Assembly (NCBI GenBank): GCA_963826275.1
Contig: CAWGWI010000006.1
Location: 68,770 to 132,769, forward strand
Length of the DNA stretch: 64,000 nucleotides
Direction: 5' to 3'
DNA from: Terriglobia bacterium
GTDB lineage: Bacteria > Acidobacteriota > Terriglobia > Terriglobales > Acidobacteriaceae
Part shown: positions 1 to 10,533 of the stretch, in pieces
Layout of the letters: the number at the start of each line of letters is the position of its first letter
Numbering within the stretch: position 1 is the first letter of the stretch
Translations under genes and position numbers: made by a program
The notes under the pieces: generated by a model
What the model was told of the DNA's origin: nothing
Database searches by the model: none
The model's input: only the letters and a program-made list of their open reading frames with translations

Positions 1-503
1 TCCACCCATGGGGGTGTGGCCTCTCATAGCTTGCCAGATATAGGCTGCATCCCTTTTTCATCGGTTGTCTTCACGTAAGTTTCGAAGGAACAACTACCAA
101 GTGGCGTTGTCGACTCCTTTTCCTGAAATCCACCAGTCTTGCCCATATGTCGGTGGTTACCCCAGTAGCTCCCTGAGATAGACACGAGAGCCAGGCGGTT
201 CCACAAGAAGAAAGCTAAGCGAAAGACGCGAGCTGCCTACCCTGCGACTGACATTTCTTTCGCCTGAGTTGTACGTTGTCACTCGGAGGAGAGCGGCTGC
301 TCAAACACATCTGCGGCAAGGCCCGCTTGATACCCTGAGTTATGCGCATTGTTGTAATGGCTGCGGAATAGGGGGCCGGGAAAAAGAATCGCCGAAGGTT
401 ACAAAAGATGTGGCATGAGCGGAGCCTGCTCGCGAGTATCGGAGCGATCCAGTAAACGGTCCAAGTGCCGAACGCGTTCTGCGAGCGGCGTCACCGAGCG
501 CGT

Positions 504-845
504 CTACCGCATCTTCGCTGCAGCGTCATGCACCGCCAGAGCCAAGGTAGCTGCGCGCACACCCACCGCGATTAGGATTCCTGTAAATGTCAATCCTAGT
601 AACGCGATTGCGATCGCAATCAGTTTGGATGCCTGTTTCGCTGGGCGAAGATCGCCATAACCTACCGTGGTTGCGGTAATGAATGACCAATAAAAGCTGT
701 CGAATCGTGACCATCCCTCGTTCTTTCCGGCGGCTTGCCCCAACAGCAGAATTGTCGCCGCCAAACTCAGTAACAGAGGAGAGGTAAGCCATATACCGAG
801 GCTGAACTGTTTGAGGAATGTCAGTGTCAAGCCAGTAAGTAGCAA
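504..845 (-). CDS. Small two-TM potassium channel (pore-only, KcsA/Ion_trans_2-like)
   Basis: 113-aa ORF with hydrophobic helices flanking the canonical K+ selectivity filter TATTVGYGD. The start codon is TTG in the ORF track, so the true start is uncertain. Confidence 0.7.
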   Translation of the reverse strand: MLLTGLTLTFLKQFSLGIWLTSPLLLSLAATILLLGQAAGKNEGWSRFDSFYWSFITATTVGYGDLRPAKQASKLIAIAIALLGLTFTGILIAVGVRAATLALAVHDAAAKMR

Positions 846-882
846 CGGGTCACCTGCCGAGCACTAGTCCATCTTCGAAAGG

Positions 883-1884
883 TTATTTTTCTGCCGTGGT
901 GACTAGAGCAGAAGCGGGCCACTCATCATTCGTGCGCTGCCAGGTTTTGTCAGGATTGTAGAGCGTGGTCTTCCTGGCGATATCAAGCGTCTCAGGCCCC
1001 AGGTCTTTCTGGTAGACGATGCCGTCCTGGTTGCAGATGAATGTCTTGACGCCGGTGACACGGTATTCGGCTGGAGTTGCGATGAGTGCGAAGCCCCCGA
1101 TCATTGCTCCCTGAATCACGTAGTCGAGTCGTCCCATCGGAGCGGCCGGCCCCTGTCCTTTCAAAACATCGAAGTAATAGCCGTGATAAGCAGACCGCTT
1201 GTCGACGGAATAGCCTTCCTCGATTGCTCGCGCGACAGGCTCGCTGATCGGGCCACCCGGCGTGCCATCCGGATTCTTCCAATACAATCCATCCTTCTTT
1301 CCTGGCGTACTGATAATCTTTTGCGCGTACTGATTCACTCCGGAATCATCATGAATTGCTAAGGCGTACTCGTGCTGCGCATCGACGAAGCCCCGGCAAA
1401 CTTGAATCGCGTCTAGCTCATTTGCCCCGATGCGGCGATACAAGATCTCGGTTCGGCCTGCCTTTGAATCAAAGATCCATCCCCCGTTTTTCTTGACGAT
1501 TGGAACCGGGAAAGGCCACTTCTCATCGCCAACCACGAGGACCGCGCGATCGGGTTTGGACGGGTCGATCCTCAGCGTGTTCTTTTCCTGGGCAAGAGCC
1601 GCGAACTTCATGACATTGGTCTTATCTTGCACGGGGTCAGCCGAGGAAATGAAGTCCTCCCCATCCGGACCAAAGATCGCCAGCAGGGACGGCACGTCGT
1701 AATCTCCGGCTACTTTCACAAGTTCTGCGACCGCTTTCTGTGGCGTGGCAAACGATTTTTGCGCTGTTGCATGGGCTGATTGCGCAGCCGATTGTTGCGC
1801 CAACGAGAGCTGCGCGGTAATTAGCAATACGATGACGGCGACACTCACAACAGGCGAACTCGTTATCGGTCTTTTCGGCAACAT
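883..1884 (-). CDS. DUF2950-family secreted protein
   Basis: Lies within ORF 883..1977. The ATG at 1884 is preceded by GGAGA and yields a signal peptide (MLPKRPITSSPVVSVAVIVLLITAQLSLA). Motifs WPFPVPIVKKNGGWIFD, GYYFDVLKGQGP and MIGGFALIATPAEY match my recollection of DUF2950, which usually sits next to DUF3300. Confidence 0.65.
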   Translation of the reverse strand: MLPKRPITSSPVVSVAVIVLLITAQLSLAQQSAAQSAHATAQKSFATPQKAVAELVKVAGDYDVPSLLAIFGPDGEDFISSADPVQDKTNVMKFAALAQEKNTLRIDPSKPDRAVLVVGDEKWPFPVPIVKKNGGWIFDSKAGRTEILYRRIGANELDAIQVCRGFVDAQHEYALAIHDDSGVNQYAQKIISTPGKKDGLYWKNPDGTPGGPISEPVARAIEEGYSVDKRSAYHGYYFDVLKGQGPAAPMGRLDYVIQGAMIGGFALIATPAEYRVTGVKTFICNQDGIVYQKDLGPETLDIARKTTLYNPDKTWQRTNDEWPASALVTTAEK

Positions 1885-1906
1885 GCTATTCGTCTCCATG
1901 TGGCTC

Positions 1907-3190
1907 TCACCTGCGCCTTCCGCCGCCACCACCGCGCCCCATGCTTGAAGCACCTCTCGAGCCGCTGGCTCGAGCACCGCTCCCGCTCATGCCGTTTGCC
2001 CCGCCAGAGAATGCACTTGTGCTCCTGGCGCTCGAAGTATTCGGAACACTGCGGTTGCCAACACGATCGCCCCCGCCGCCTGTGCCGGCTCCGGCCGAAC
2101 CTCTGCTCGCCGCGCGGTCGGCTCCTCCTGCTTGGCGCTCTGCCGCTCGATTTGCGTTCCCCGACGGCGACCCCATCGCGCGACTGCTTCCATTAGCCTG
2201 CCGCGACTGAGCGTTTGCCTGTCGAGTGGCCATTGAATCTCCGCGTGCCGTGCCACCATATTGATTAGCAACTCTCTGGTTGGAGTAAGGAGCTCCCCCG
2301 CGGTGCTGCGGATTGTGCTGCCAGTTATTATTTCCGCCTGAGCGGTTGCCAATCTGATTGTTAGCGTTCTGTCGGTTGTAGTTCTTTACGTAATTATTGT
2401 TGACGTTGACGTTCACATCGTTGTGGCCCCAGCCAGCTCCATAGCCCCAACCTCCACCCCACGCCGCGCCCATCGCGACTCCAACGCCAAACGAGATCGC
2501 CATCCCTGCGGCATAGTAACCAGCTGGTGGATAGACAATCGGCGGATATGGATAGACTGGTGGTCCGTAAACAACTGTCGGGTTATAGCTCGGGACATAC
2601 ACCACCTGCGGGCTCGCCTGTTCGACAATGATCACAGATTTGTTTTCGACTACCTTGGTCTCGACTTTCTGTTGTTCACTGCTTTTCAGATTGCCCGCAT
2701 CCTTCGCCTTCTTGCGCATGCGCTGAACCGCCTCCATGACGTCCCCCTGTTGCGCAAGGAAAGCGTTACCCAAATCTGTGGTCCACTTAATGTTCTCTGA
2801 CATCTGCTTCACGACGTCAGGCAGAGATGCCATAGCCTGAATACTGGGATCCCAGCCCTGCTTCTCGACAGCTTCAGCCAGAGCCTTGTCTTTGAGGTCT
2901 TTGTTTTTCTGCAGCCATTGCTGAAGTTGAATGATCTCGAGCGGGTAGGTGGACGCCACCAGGGTCTGACTCAGCAGCGGATCAGGATAGAGTGCAATCG
3001 GTGCAACTAGAGAATCGAGTTGCTCGGGCGGAAGCTTCGCTGCCGCCTCCTGAGGCGATTCTTGTTCTTGAGAAGAGTCTTGCGGCCGTGCAATCAGCAA
3101 TCCGTCGCCCGGCATAAGTACGAGTGCAACGACACCGGCCAGGAGACGTCTCAACCCGTTCTGCCATGCTTTGAGGGCTATCCTTTTCAT
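1907..3190 (-). CDS. DUF3300-family protein with a long Gly/Asn/Arg-rich disordered C-terminal tail
   Basis: 427-aa ORF with an N-terminal signal or anchor. The motif LDSLVAPIALYPDPLLSQTLVASTYPLEIIQLQQW is typical of DUF3300. The C-terminal ~170 aa are low-complexity G/N/R/S/A and end in GGGGGRRR. Confidence 0.7.
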   Translation of the reverse strand: MKRIALKAWQNGLRRLLAGVVALVLMPGDGLLIARPQDSSQEQESPQEAAAKLPPEQLDSLVAPIALYPDPLLSQTLVASTYPLEIIQLQQWLQKNKDLKDKALAEAVEKQGWDPSIQAMASLPDVVKQMSENIKWTTDLGNAFLAQQGDVMEAVQRMRKKAKDAGNLKSSEQQKVETKVVENKSVIIVEQASPQVVYVPSYNPTVVYGPPVYPYPPIVYPPAGYYAAGMAISFGVGVAMGAAWGGGWGYGAGWGHNDVNVNVNNNYVKNYNRQNANNQIGNRSGGNNNWQHNPQHRGGAPYSNQRVANQYGGTARGDSMATRQANAQSRQANGSSRAMGSPSGNANRAAERQAGGADRAASRGSAGAGTGGGGDRVGNRSVPNTSSARSTSAFSGGANGMSGSGARASGSRGASSMGRGGGGGRRR

Positions 3191-3722
3191 CGTGAACGCC
3201 CCTATTCTTGCTCGCTAACACGAATCTTTAACTGGTGTGCAGGGAGCGCGACCAGCCATTCCAAGCAATCAATCGCGCAATCGACGATCTCGCTTCAATG
3301 CCTCGAATCATAGGATCAGTCACCGGGGCCGGATACTGGGAAAACTGCTAGTGGCGCTTCGCGAAATTGGGTTTAGTTGTAGCTCGTGTCGCTGAGAAGA
3401 GCGGAACGTCAGATAAGAGAAGACAGCTTGGACCATGTGGAAAGATCCTGAGTCACTCTCGAATCGTGTCTCGGAATAGGAATGAACTGTTCGGCTGAGC
3501 TGCCCCTGATACTTTAAACCGCGAGCCCTCTGCTAGTAATTTCCCCAGTAGCAAGCAAGGTCAATTGGGACTACACGTAGTCCGCATAGCAGCATCTGAG
3601 TGCGGTGACGCGCAGCCAACCGGAACATGTGAGTGCATGCGCTTTGGTTCTGACGTAATCCAACTAACAAATCTACAGGGCTTGCTCTTCGGCAATCCCA
3701 AAGACCTAACGAGGGAGGACTT

Positions 3723-6173
3723 ATGCAAGCAGCAGCCAGCGATGTGAACTTGCAAGCGAATACAGGCACTCCACGCACGCCGGACCGACTGTCTCCTGAG
3801 GAGCTTCAGAAACTAGACGCTTATTGGCGGGCCTGCAATTACTTGGCGGTGGGAATGATTTATCTGCGAGACAATCCTCTGCTTCGCGAGCCTTTGAACT
3901 CCGCTCACGTCAAAAGTCGGCTGCTAGGACACTGGGGTTCGAGTCCTGGCCTGAGCTTCACCTATGTTCACCTGAATCGCCTTATCAAGAAATACGATCT
4001 AGATGCAATCTTTCTAGCTGGGCCGGGTCACGGAGCACCGGGTGTGCTCGGTCCGGTGTATCTCGAAGGCACCTATTCTGAAATCTATCCTGCTAAGGGC
4101 GAGGACATTGATGGAATGCGGGCCTTCTTCAAGGAATTCTCGTTTCCAGGCGGCATCGGTAGCCACTGCACTCCAGAGACCCCGGGCTCCATCCATGAAG
4201 GAGGCGAGTTAGGGTACAGCATCTCGCATGCTTTCGGAGCCGCGTTTGATAATCCGGATCTGCTGGTTGCAGTAGTCGTGGGTGATGGAGAGGCAGAAAC
4301 CGGGCCATTGGCCACCTCTTGGCATTCCAACAAATTCTTGAACCCCATACGCGATGGAGCGGTACTGCCGATCCTCAATCTGAACGGATACAAGATCAAC
4401 AATCCGACGCTCCTCGCCCGCATTTCTCGCCAAGAATTAGAGGACCTGTTCAAAGGCTACGGGTGGACGCCATACTTCGTGGAAGGCGATGACCCTCAGG
4501 TTATGCACCAGAAAATGGCTGCGACACTGGAGGACTGTGTCTTGGAGATTCGCCGCATTCAGGAAAGAGCGCGCAGTAGTGGCAAAGCCGAACGAGCGCG
4601 ATGGCCCATGATCGTGCTCCGTAGTCCCAAGGGTTGGACCGGACCGAAGGAAGTGGATGGACACAAGACTGAAGGCTTCTGGCGTGCACACCAGGTTCCG
4701 CTCGCGAGCATACGAGACAATCCGGCACACTTGAAAGTGCTGGAAAGCTGGATGCGCAGTTACAGACCGGAGGAACTCTTCGACGAACGTGGCCACCTAA
4801 TCCCCGAACTAAAGGCGCTGGCGCCGCAGGGTACACGGCGAATGAGCGCCAATCCTCACGCGAATGGCGGATTGTTACGGAAAGCTCTGCGTCTTCCCGA
4901 TTTCCGCAATTACGCTATCGCGGTGGAACAACCTGGGCAGACAGCGGCTGAGAACACTCGTCCTCTTGGTCGATTCCTGCGCGATATCATGCGCGACAAT
5001 CCCAAGGATTTTCGCGTCTTCGGCCCCGACGAGAATACATCGAACAAACTCGACGCGATTTACGAGGTGAGCAAGAAGTTGTGGCTCGCCGATTATCTGC
5101 CCGAGGATTCCGATGGCGGTGAGCTATCCACCGATGGTCGAGTGCTCGAAATGCTCTCGGAACACACGCTTGAGGGTTGGCATGAAGGCTATCTCCTCAC
5201 GGGCCGACATGGGTTCTTTTCCACCTACGAAGCCTTCGTCCATGTCATCGACTCCATGTTCAATATGCACGCCAAGTGGCTCGCATCGTCGAGCGAGCTA
5301 AGCTGGCGTGCTCCAGTGTCGTCGCTCAACTTGCTCATTACTTCCACAGTCTGGCGACAGGATCACAACGGCTTTACTCATCAAGACCCCGGCTTCCTCG
5401 ACTTGGTCGTTAACAAGAGCCCCGATGTTTGCCGCATCTATCTGCCCCCAGACGTCAATACGTTACTCAGTGTGGCCGATCACTGTTTGAAGAGCACGGG
5501 CTATATCAACGTGATCGTGTCCGACAAGCAGAAGCACCTGCAGTACATGACCATGGACGAGGCGATTGGGCATTGCACCAAAGGCCTCGGCATCTGGAGA
5601 AAAGCGAGTAATGACGAAGGCTCAGAGCCTGACGTAGTCATGGCTTGTGCTGGCGACATTCCCACCAAAGAGGCTCTGGCAGCGGTGATGCTGTTACGTG
5701 AATACTTCCCTCAACTCAAGATTCGCTTCGTAAACGTGGTGGATCTCTATAGGCTAGTTCCCTCGACGGAGCATCCTCACGGTTTGACCGATCGAGACTT
5801 CGACAGCCTCTTCACGAAGGACAAACCCATCATCTTTAACTTCCATGGATATCCCTGGCTTATCCATCGGCTGACATATCGCCGAACGAATCACAAAAAC
5901 CTGCATGTGCGCGGCTACAAGGAAAAAGGAAACATCAATACGCCCCTCGACCTGGCTATCAAGAACGAGATCGATCGCTTCAGCCTGGCAATCGATGTGA
6001 TCGATCGGGTGCCTTCATTACAAGTTGCGGGTGCCCACGCCAAAGAAACACTGCGCAACATGCAGATTGACTGCATGAACTACGCATGTGAGAACGGAGT
6101 AGACAAGCCCGAAGTTGATCAGTGGACTTGGCGAGCTAAAGAGCAAAGTGAGATGCATCGCAAAGCAGCTTAA
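3723..6173 (+). CDS. xfp: Phosphoketolase (xylulose-5-P / fructose-6-P phosphoketolase)
   Basis: 816-aa ORF with a GAGGGAGGA RBS 4 nt before the ATG. The N-terminus [24 protein letters not shown] and the motifs GHWGSSPG and EGGELGYS are typical of the family. Confidence 0.9.
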   Translation: MQAAASDVNLQANTGTPRTPDRLSPEELQKLDAYWRACNYLAVGMIYLRDNPLLREPLNSAHVKSRLLGHWGSSPGLSFTYVHLNRLIKKYDLDAIFLAGPGHGAPGVLGPVYLEGTYSEIYPAKGEDIDGMRAFFKEFSFPGGIGSHCTPETPGSIHEGGELGYSISHAFGAAFDNPDLLVAVVVGDGEAETGPLATSWHSNKFLNPIRDGAVLPILNLNGYKINNPTLLARISRQELEDLFKGYGWTPYFVEGDDPQVMHQKMAATLEDCVLEIRRIQERARSSGKAERARWPMIVLRSPKGWTGPKEVDGHKTEGFWRAHQVPLASIRDNPAHLKVLESWMRSYRPEELFDERGHLIPELKALAPQGTRRMSANPHANGGLLRKALRLPDFRNYAIAVEQPGQTAAENTRPLGRFLRDIMRDNPKDFRVFGPDENTSNKLDAIYEVSKKLWLADYLPEDSDGGELSTDGRVLEMLSEHTLEGWHEGYLLTGRHGFFSTYEAFVHVIDSMFNMHAKWLASSSELSWRAPVSSLNLLITSTVWRQDHNGFTHQDPGFLDLVVNKSPDVCRIYLPPDVNTLLSVADHCLKSTGYINVIVSDKQKHLQYMTMDEAIGHCTKGLGIWRKASNDEGSEPDVVMACAGDIPTKEALAAVMLLREYFPQLKIRFVNVVDLYRLVPSTEHPHGLTDRDFDSLFTKDKPIIFNFHGYPWLIHRLTYRRTNHKNLHVRGYKEKGNINTPLDLAIKNEIDRFSLAIDVIDRVPSLQVAGAHAKETLRNMQIDCMNYACENGVDKPEVDQWTWRAKEQSEMHRKAA

Positions 6174-6174
6174 T

Positions 6175-8082
6175 ATGGACGACAGTGACGAAAAACCAAT
6201 CTCTCCAAAAGGTGAGCGGCTTTATACAGAACTCCGTCGGCTCGACTGGGCGAAAGGTCTCAGCGAGGAAACGTTTGCGGCGATCACGAACACGGCTGAG
6301 TGGGTCGAGTTTCGCGTTGGGGATGTTGTCATTGAAGTCGACTCAGAAATCACCCACGTGTCATTCATCATCACGGGTCGGTTGCAGGTAACGCTTTACG
6401 ATTCGCTGGGCAAGGAACTTCTAAAGGATACTCTTGTCCGAGGGTCTGTCATTGGATTGTTTGCCGTGGGTCTATCGGATCGCTCTCACATGCAAGTCCA
6501 GGCTACTGAGCCTTCGACAACGATACGTTTGACACTATCGGACCTCCTTCGGCTGAGCTCAAAGCATGCAGATTTTCAACTCGCCATGTTCCGCTTGGCA
6601 GCGACCAGGTTCAAAAAATACGTGATGGAAGTCGATCGTTCCCTCCCGCAGCCGTCCGTCGTGGGCATCGTTCATCACACTGAGGCGAGTCGTCCGCTCG
6701 TGGGTCGATTGGCACGTCGACTTCGAGACTTGGACGAGTCTCCCTGTATTGTTGGCGACGACGAGCGATGGAAACCAGACGTAGATATCCCCTTTATGCT
6801 GCTTGCTGGAGATGACGAGCGACAAAGCATTCCTAAAGACTGGGCCGCGATAGACGACTTCTGGTGGATGTTCGCGCCGATCATCCACCAGAGGCAATGA
6901 TGCGGTTCTTGAGTTACGTTGACATCGCGCTTTGGTGTGTTCGGCCGCAAGATGCGCAAGCAGCAGTACATCTCCTCCAAGAACTAGAGAAGGGCATTCC
7001 CAAATGGCGAGACAAGATCCGGATTGTGTGGCTTCTCGACGCCAACGCCCCATTCGCTCCGTATGTACCGGAGTTGTATGAACTCGCCGAACGAGATTTT
7101 AAGCTCACTTTTGACGCTCCGGGACCAAACCAGGGCAGTTTGCTACAGCACGGATTCGAACGCATCGTTCATCATTTGCGAGGCATTCAGATCGGTTTAG
7201 CACTCGGAGGTGGCGCAGCTCGCGGCATGGCTCATCTCGGAGTGCTCAAAGCGCTTGAGCAACATGGCATTTACATCGACATGTTGGCGGGCACAAGCGC
7301 CGGGGCACTGACCGGCAGTGATGTACGCAGCGGGCTTGGATCCTGATTACATCGTCCATCGTTTCAAGGCCGATTTACGGCCATCGTGGTTCTTTCGACA
7401 GCTGCCCGGAGGCGGCTACTGGTATTTGCTCTACAAGTACAGACGAAACCAGTTCGACTCCATGCTGCGGAAATACTTGGATCATGCCAGGATGGAGCAA
7501 CTGATTCTTCCATTGTTTGCAATCTCCGTCGATCTCGTCGAAGGAGAACCGCTGGTGCGCGAGGCCGACGATGCGGTGATCAGTGTCCTGGAAAGTATCA
7601 ATCTTCCTCCGCTTTCACTTCCTATCATTCGCTCAGGGCAGGCATTGGTAGACGGCGGTTTGCTCAACAATATTCCGGCCAACGTGCTGGTCGCCAAGGG
7701 ATGCAACTTTGTCATTGCATCGAGTGTCACCGCAAAGCTGGAGAAAGATTTTGGAGAAATCCGCTCCAGGGGGCGCTCGCGCAGCCGTGGCTTCTTCTCA
7801 ACCGTTCAAGTGATCATGCGACAGACCATGATTCAAGGCCACAATATGAACTCCGTTGGAGTGCAGCCGGCAGACTTCGTGATTGCGCCCGATGTGACGT
7901 CGTTTGATATATCGGAATTCACTCGGGCCGATGAAATGGCGCACATCGGAGAAACAACAACGAATGCAACCGTCGCAAAGCTGAGCGAGATGCTCAACAA
8001 GCTTGATCCTAAACTCTTCCAGAGTTCACGAAACCAAGCCGATATAAATGGCCGCCAGCTTCTCATGAAGAAAGCTGGTTAA
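6175..8082 (+). pseudogene. Cyclic-nucleotide-binding domain + patatin-like phospholipase, split into three reading frames by two apparent 1-nt frameshifts
   Basis: Fragment 1 (6175-6900, frame 1) has a cNMP-binding-like N-terminus. Fragment 2 (frame 3, open from 6837 to 7346) carries GGGAARGMAHLGVLKAL and GTSAG. Fragment 3 (7318-8082, frame 1) resumes with MYAAGLDPDY and carries DGGLLNNIP. The protein reads through sensibly across both junctions (~6850 and ~7316). Confidence 0.75.
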
Positions 8083-8307
8083 GGCATTCGGTCGAAAAGG
8101 TCGCATGGGCCAGATCGCCATTATTCGTCGTGCTGTTCGGTCCCGGGGTCGAGTGTCGGGGCTGTTTTCTCGTAGGGCGACAGACGCATCGCAAGGATTT
8201 TAGACCCGTTTTGACTGGTGCTCTGTCGGCAGGTGCCTCCCGAGCATCATCATCGTATGCAACCGTTTACAGCCTCTGAGAGCTTGAGCCGCCAGGGAGA
8301 GGTCCTA

Positions 8308-10533
8308 TTACTGTGACGAGTTCGGTCTGGTGGAGAGTTTCTTGAAGAGAGCTGGATCATACTCCTCCAGTCCGGTGATTCCGTAAAGGTGGTTTGCAGA
8401 AATCCAAGGCAGCCAGAAGCGGTGTCCTCCAACGCCGCGGCCGGGGCCGCCAGGACCGAACCGCCAGCCCTCCTGCTGCCAGCCAATACCTTTCATGTCG
8501 TACTGGCGTCCGGGAAGGGCGACCATGGACTTGGTGTCGTGCAGAAGAATACGCGCCACGTCGAGATAGTGCTCATCGTGCGTATAGTTGTACAACTTTG
8601 CGTACGACGGCACCGCCCAATCCAGATACTCATCTGCGCTGCCCGCGACCAGCGCGGTTATGCCCTGCGCGCCGATGGTTGGCACGCCTTGCTTCCAATA
8701 GAGTTGCGAATCATCCGCATCGAGGGGCATCGGCAAGTTCCAGATCCAGATCCAGCTTTCAGCGAAGTCGGCAGCGGTCTTGGCGTGGTCCAGCCATTTC
8801 GAATCTTTCGTTGAGTCGTAGAGGCTCAGGAATGCTTCCATGCTGAGCATCCCTGCCTCTTTGTCCGTGATATTCGGGTTGTCGCTGGCTCCTCCGACGA
8901 AGAGGCCACGCGATCCGTAGTTCAACCAGATATAGTCGGCGGCACGAATAGCGGCTTGCGTGTATCTCGGATCGCCTGTCTCTTCGCTCATGATGACCAG
9001 CAGCGGCACGGGTGCATAGCTCGTCGTGCCTGAGGGCTCGGCAACATCACTGGTTCCGGGCTTCCAGCGGCGCGGGAAAGAGCCGTCATCGCGCTGTTGC
9101 AAGATCAACCAGTCGGCATAAGACTTCACCCAGGTAAACCATTCGGGATGCTCTCGTCCGAGCGAACGTTCACGTCGATAGGCCCGCATCAGCACGCGCA
9201 TGTCTTCCGTCGCGTTCCGTAACCACGAAGCAAGCCAGATGTGATCCCAAGGCTTTCCGGTTGAAAGGTCGTAGCCAGTGCCTTGAAGCGGCACCGTTGG
9301 AAGCGCAGCGATCATCGACGAAATAATCGCCAAGCCGGTCTGGCGCATCTTCTTGCCCCGCTCGGTATCGTCCCGGTCACCTTCGCGCAATAATTGGTCC
9401 GCGCACTCGATCTCCTTGCCGACGAAGCCCATCGCCACCATCGTCCAATTCCACTGGAGTTTGTCCGTGACCGTAGACAGTACGAAGGGAATGGCGGTAC
9501 GGCCATCTATGGTCGCCGCTTGGGCGGCAAGGTGATCGATTAGAACGCGGCGCATCTGCTCGACGTCAATATAGGTGACTGCAGGGTTAAGAGAATTCCA
9601 GGCCCATCGCCAGTTATCGCGGGTTACATCGCGAAACGACTCGTTGGCGCCAAAGCGAAATCTGACTTCGTAGCTGTGAGTTACTCCTTGAGTGATTGGG
9701 TGATAGCGGCGTACGGTTCTGGGTTTTGCATCTGGATGGCCTCCCACGTACGTGCCAGTTACGGAGCCCGGAAGCCAGAAACCGAATTGGATTGGACCAT
9801 CGGTGTCCTGCCATGCACCGAGAGCACCAAATTGAAAACGCGCATCGGTCATTACATCTTTCGTCAGCTTCGTCTCTTCGAACGTCGAATCGCCGCGAGG
9901 CGCGGGATCAAGCACAGCAACCGAGGCACCATTTTGAAATGAGAGGGCAAACAACGGGGCCGGGAGAAAGTCCTCGCGCATCTGGAAACGATGCGCGGCA
10001 TAGTTCAGTGTGCCACCGGGGGAGCGCTCGCCGTTGTATGTGGGATCGCCGTACAACGCGCCCGGAGCCATATAGTTCACTGCGGCCCAAGGAACTGCGC
10101 GATCCACCATGAATACGATCGCGGAGTCGAAACCGCCGGGCGCGCCGCCAACAACTTCAACTGTCCTGCGCACAGAAAGCACGGGTCCGCTTAGCGCCCA
10201 GTGATCCTGAACTCGAAACACAACTTTGTCGCCGTATGGGATTTCGGCGAGGGCATCGACTCCCTCGGCCGACTTTCGAACCATCTTGTAGCCAGTCGCT
10301 AGCTCGCGGGTTTCTTCTTCCGTCGGAGACACTTCGAGTCTAGCGGGTTTGGGTTGAGAGATACGTGGCGCCGGACCATCCGCGATCTCGATGCCCCAGT
10401 CGCCTGACGTAGAACGGACGAAAGAAACGATTGCGCCACTCTGTAGACGGCCGAGTTCAAGCTGGCTGCCTGGCTGCGCTGATGAATACGCACTGACGCA
10501 CAACACGAACAACAGAAGTTGACCGAATCTCAT
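8308..10533 (-). CDS. Secreted hypothetical protein, probably a carbohydrate-active enzyme with an (alpha/alpha)6-like C-terminal half
   Basis: 741-aa ORF with a signal peptide (MRFGQLLLFVLCVSAYSSAQP). Its start overlaps the upstream GH43 stop by ATGA (10530-10533), implying co-translation. The family was not recognised. Confidence 0.5.
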   Translation of the reverse strand: MRFGQLLLFVLCVSAYSSAQPGSQLELGRLQSGAIVSFVRSTSGDWGIEIADGPAPRISQPKPARLEVSPTEEETRELATGYKMVRKSAEGVDALAEIPYGDKVVFRVQDHWALSGPVLSVRRTVEVVGGAPGGFDSAIVFMVDRAVPWAAVNYMAPGALYGDPTYNGERSPGGTLNYAAHRFQMREDFLPAPLFALSFQNGASVAVLDPAPRGDSTFEETKLTKDVMTDARFQFGALGAWQDTDGPIQFGFWLPGSVTGTYVGGHPDAKPRTVRRYHPITQGVTHSYEVRFRFGANESFRDVTRDNWRWAWNSLNPAVTYIDVEQMRRVLIDHLAAQAATIDGRTAIPFVLSTVTDKLQWNWTMVAMGFVGKEIECADQLLREGDRDDTERGKKMRQTGLAIISSMIAALPTVPLQGTGYDLSTGKPWDHIWLASWLRNATEDMRVLMRAYRRERSLGREHPEWFTWVKSYADWLILQQRDDGSFPRRWKPGTSDVAEPSGTTSYAPVPLLVIMSEETGDPRYTQAAIRAADYIWLNYGSRGLFVGGASDNPNITDKEAGMLSMEAFLSLYDSTKDSKWLDHAKTAADFAESWIWIWNLPMPLDADDSQLYWKQGVPTIGAQGITALVAGSADEYLDWAVPSYAKLYNYTHDEHYLDVARILLHDTKSMVALPGRQYDMKGIGWQQEGWRFGPGGPGRGVGGHRFWLPWISANHLYGITGLEEYDPALFKKLSTRPNSSQ

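Noticed and set aside
24-206. 60-aa minus-strand ORF at the window start
   Set aside because: It has a non-ATG start, no RBS and no recognisable motif, so coding cannot be supported.
6175-8082. cNMP-binding patatin as a CBASS/Pycsar-type defence effector
   Set aside because: No cyclase or nucleotidyltransferase gene is adjacent. The neighbours are phosphoketolase and glycosidase genes. The architecture matches the widespread NTE-like bacterial lipases.
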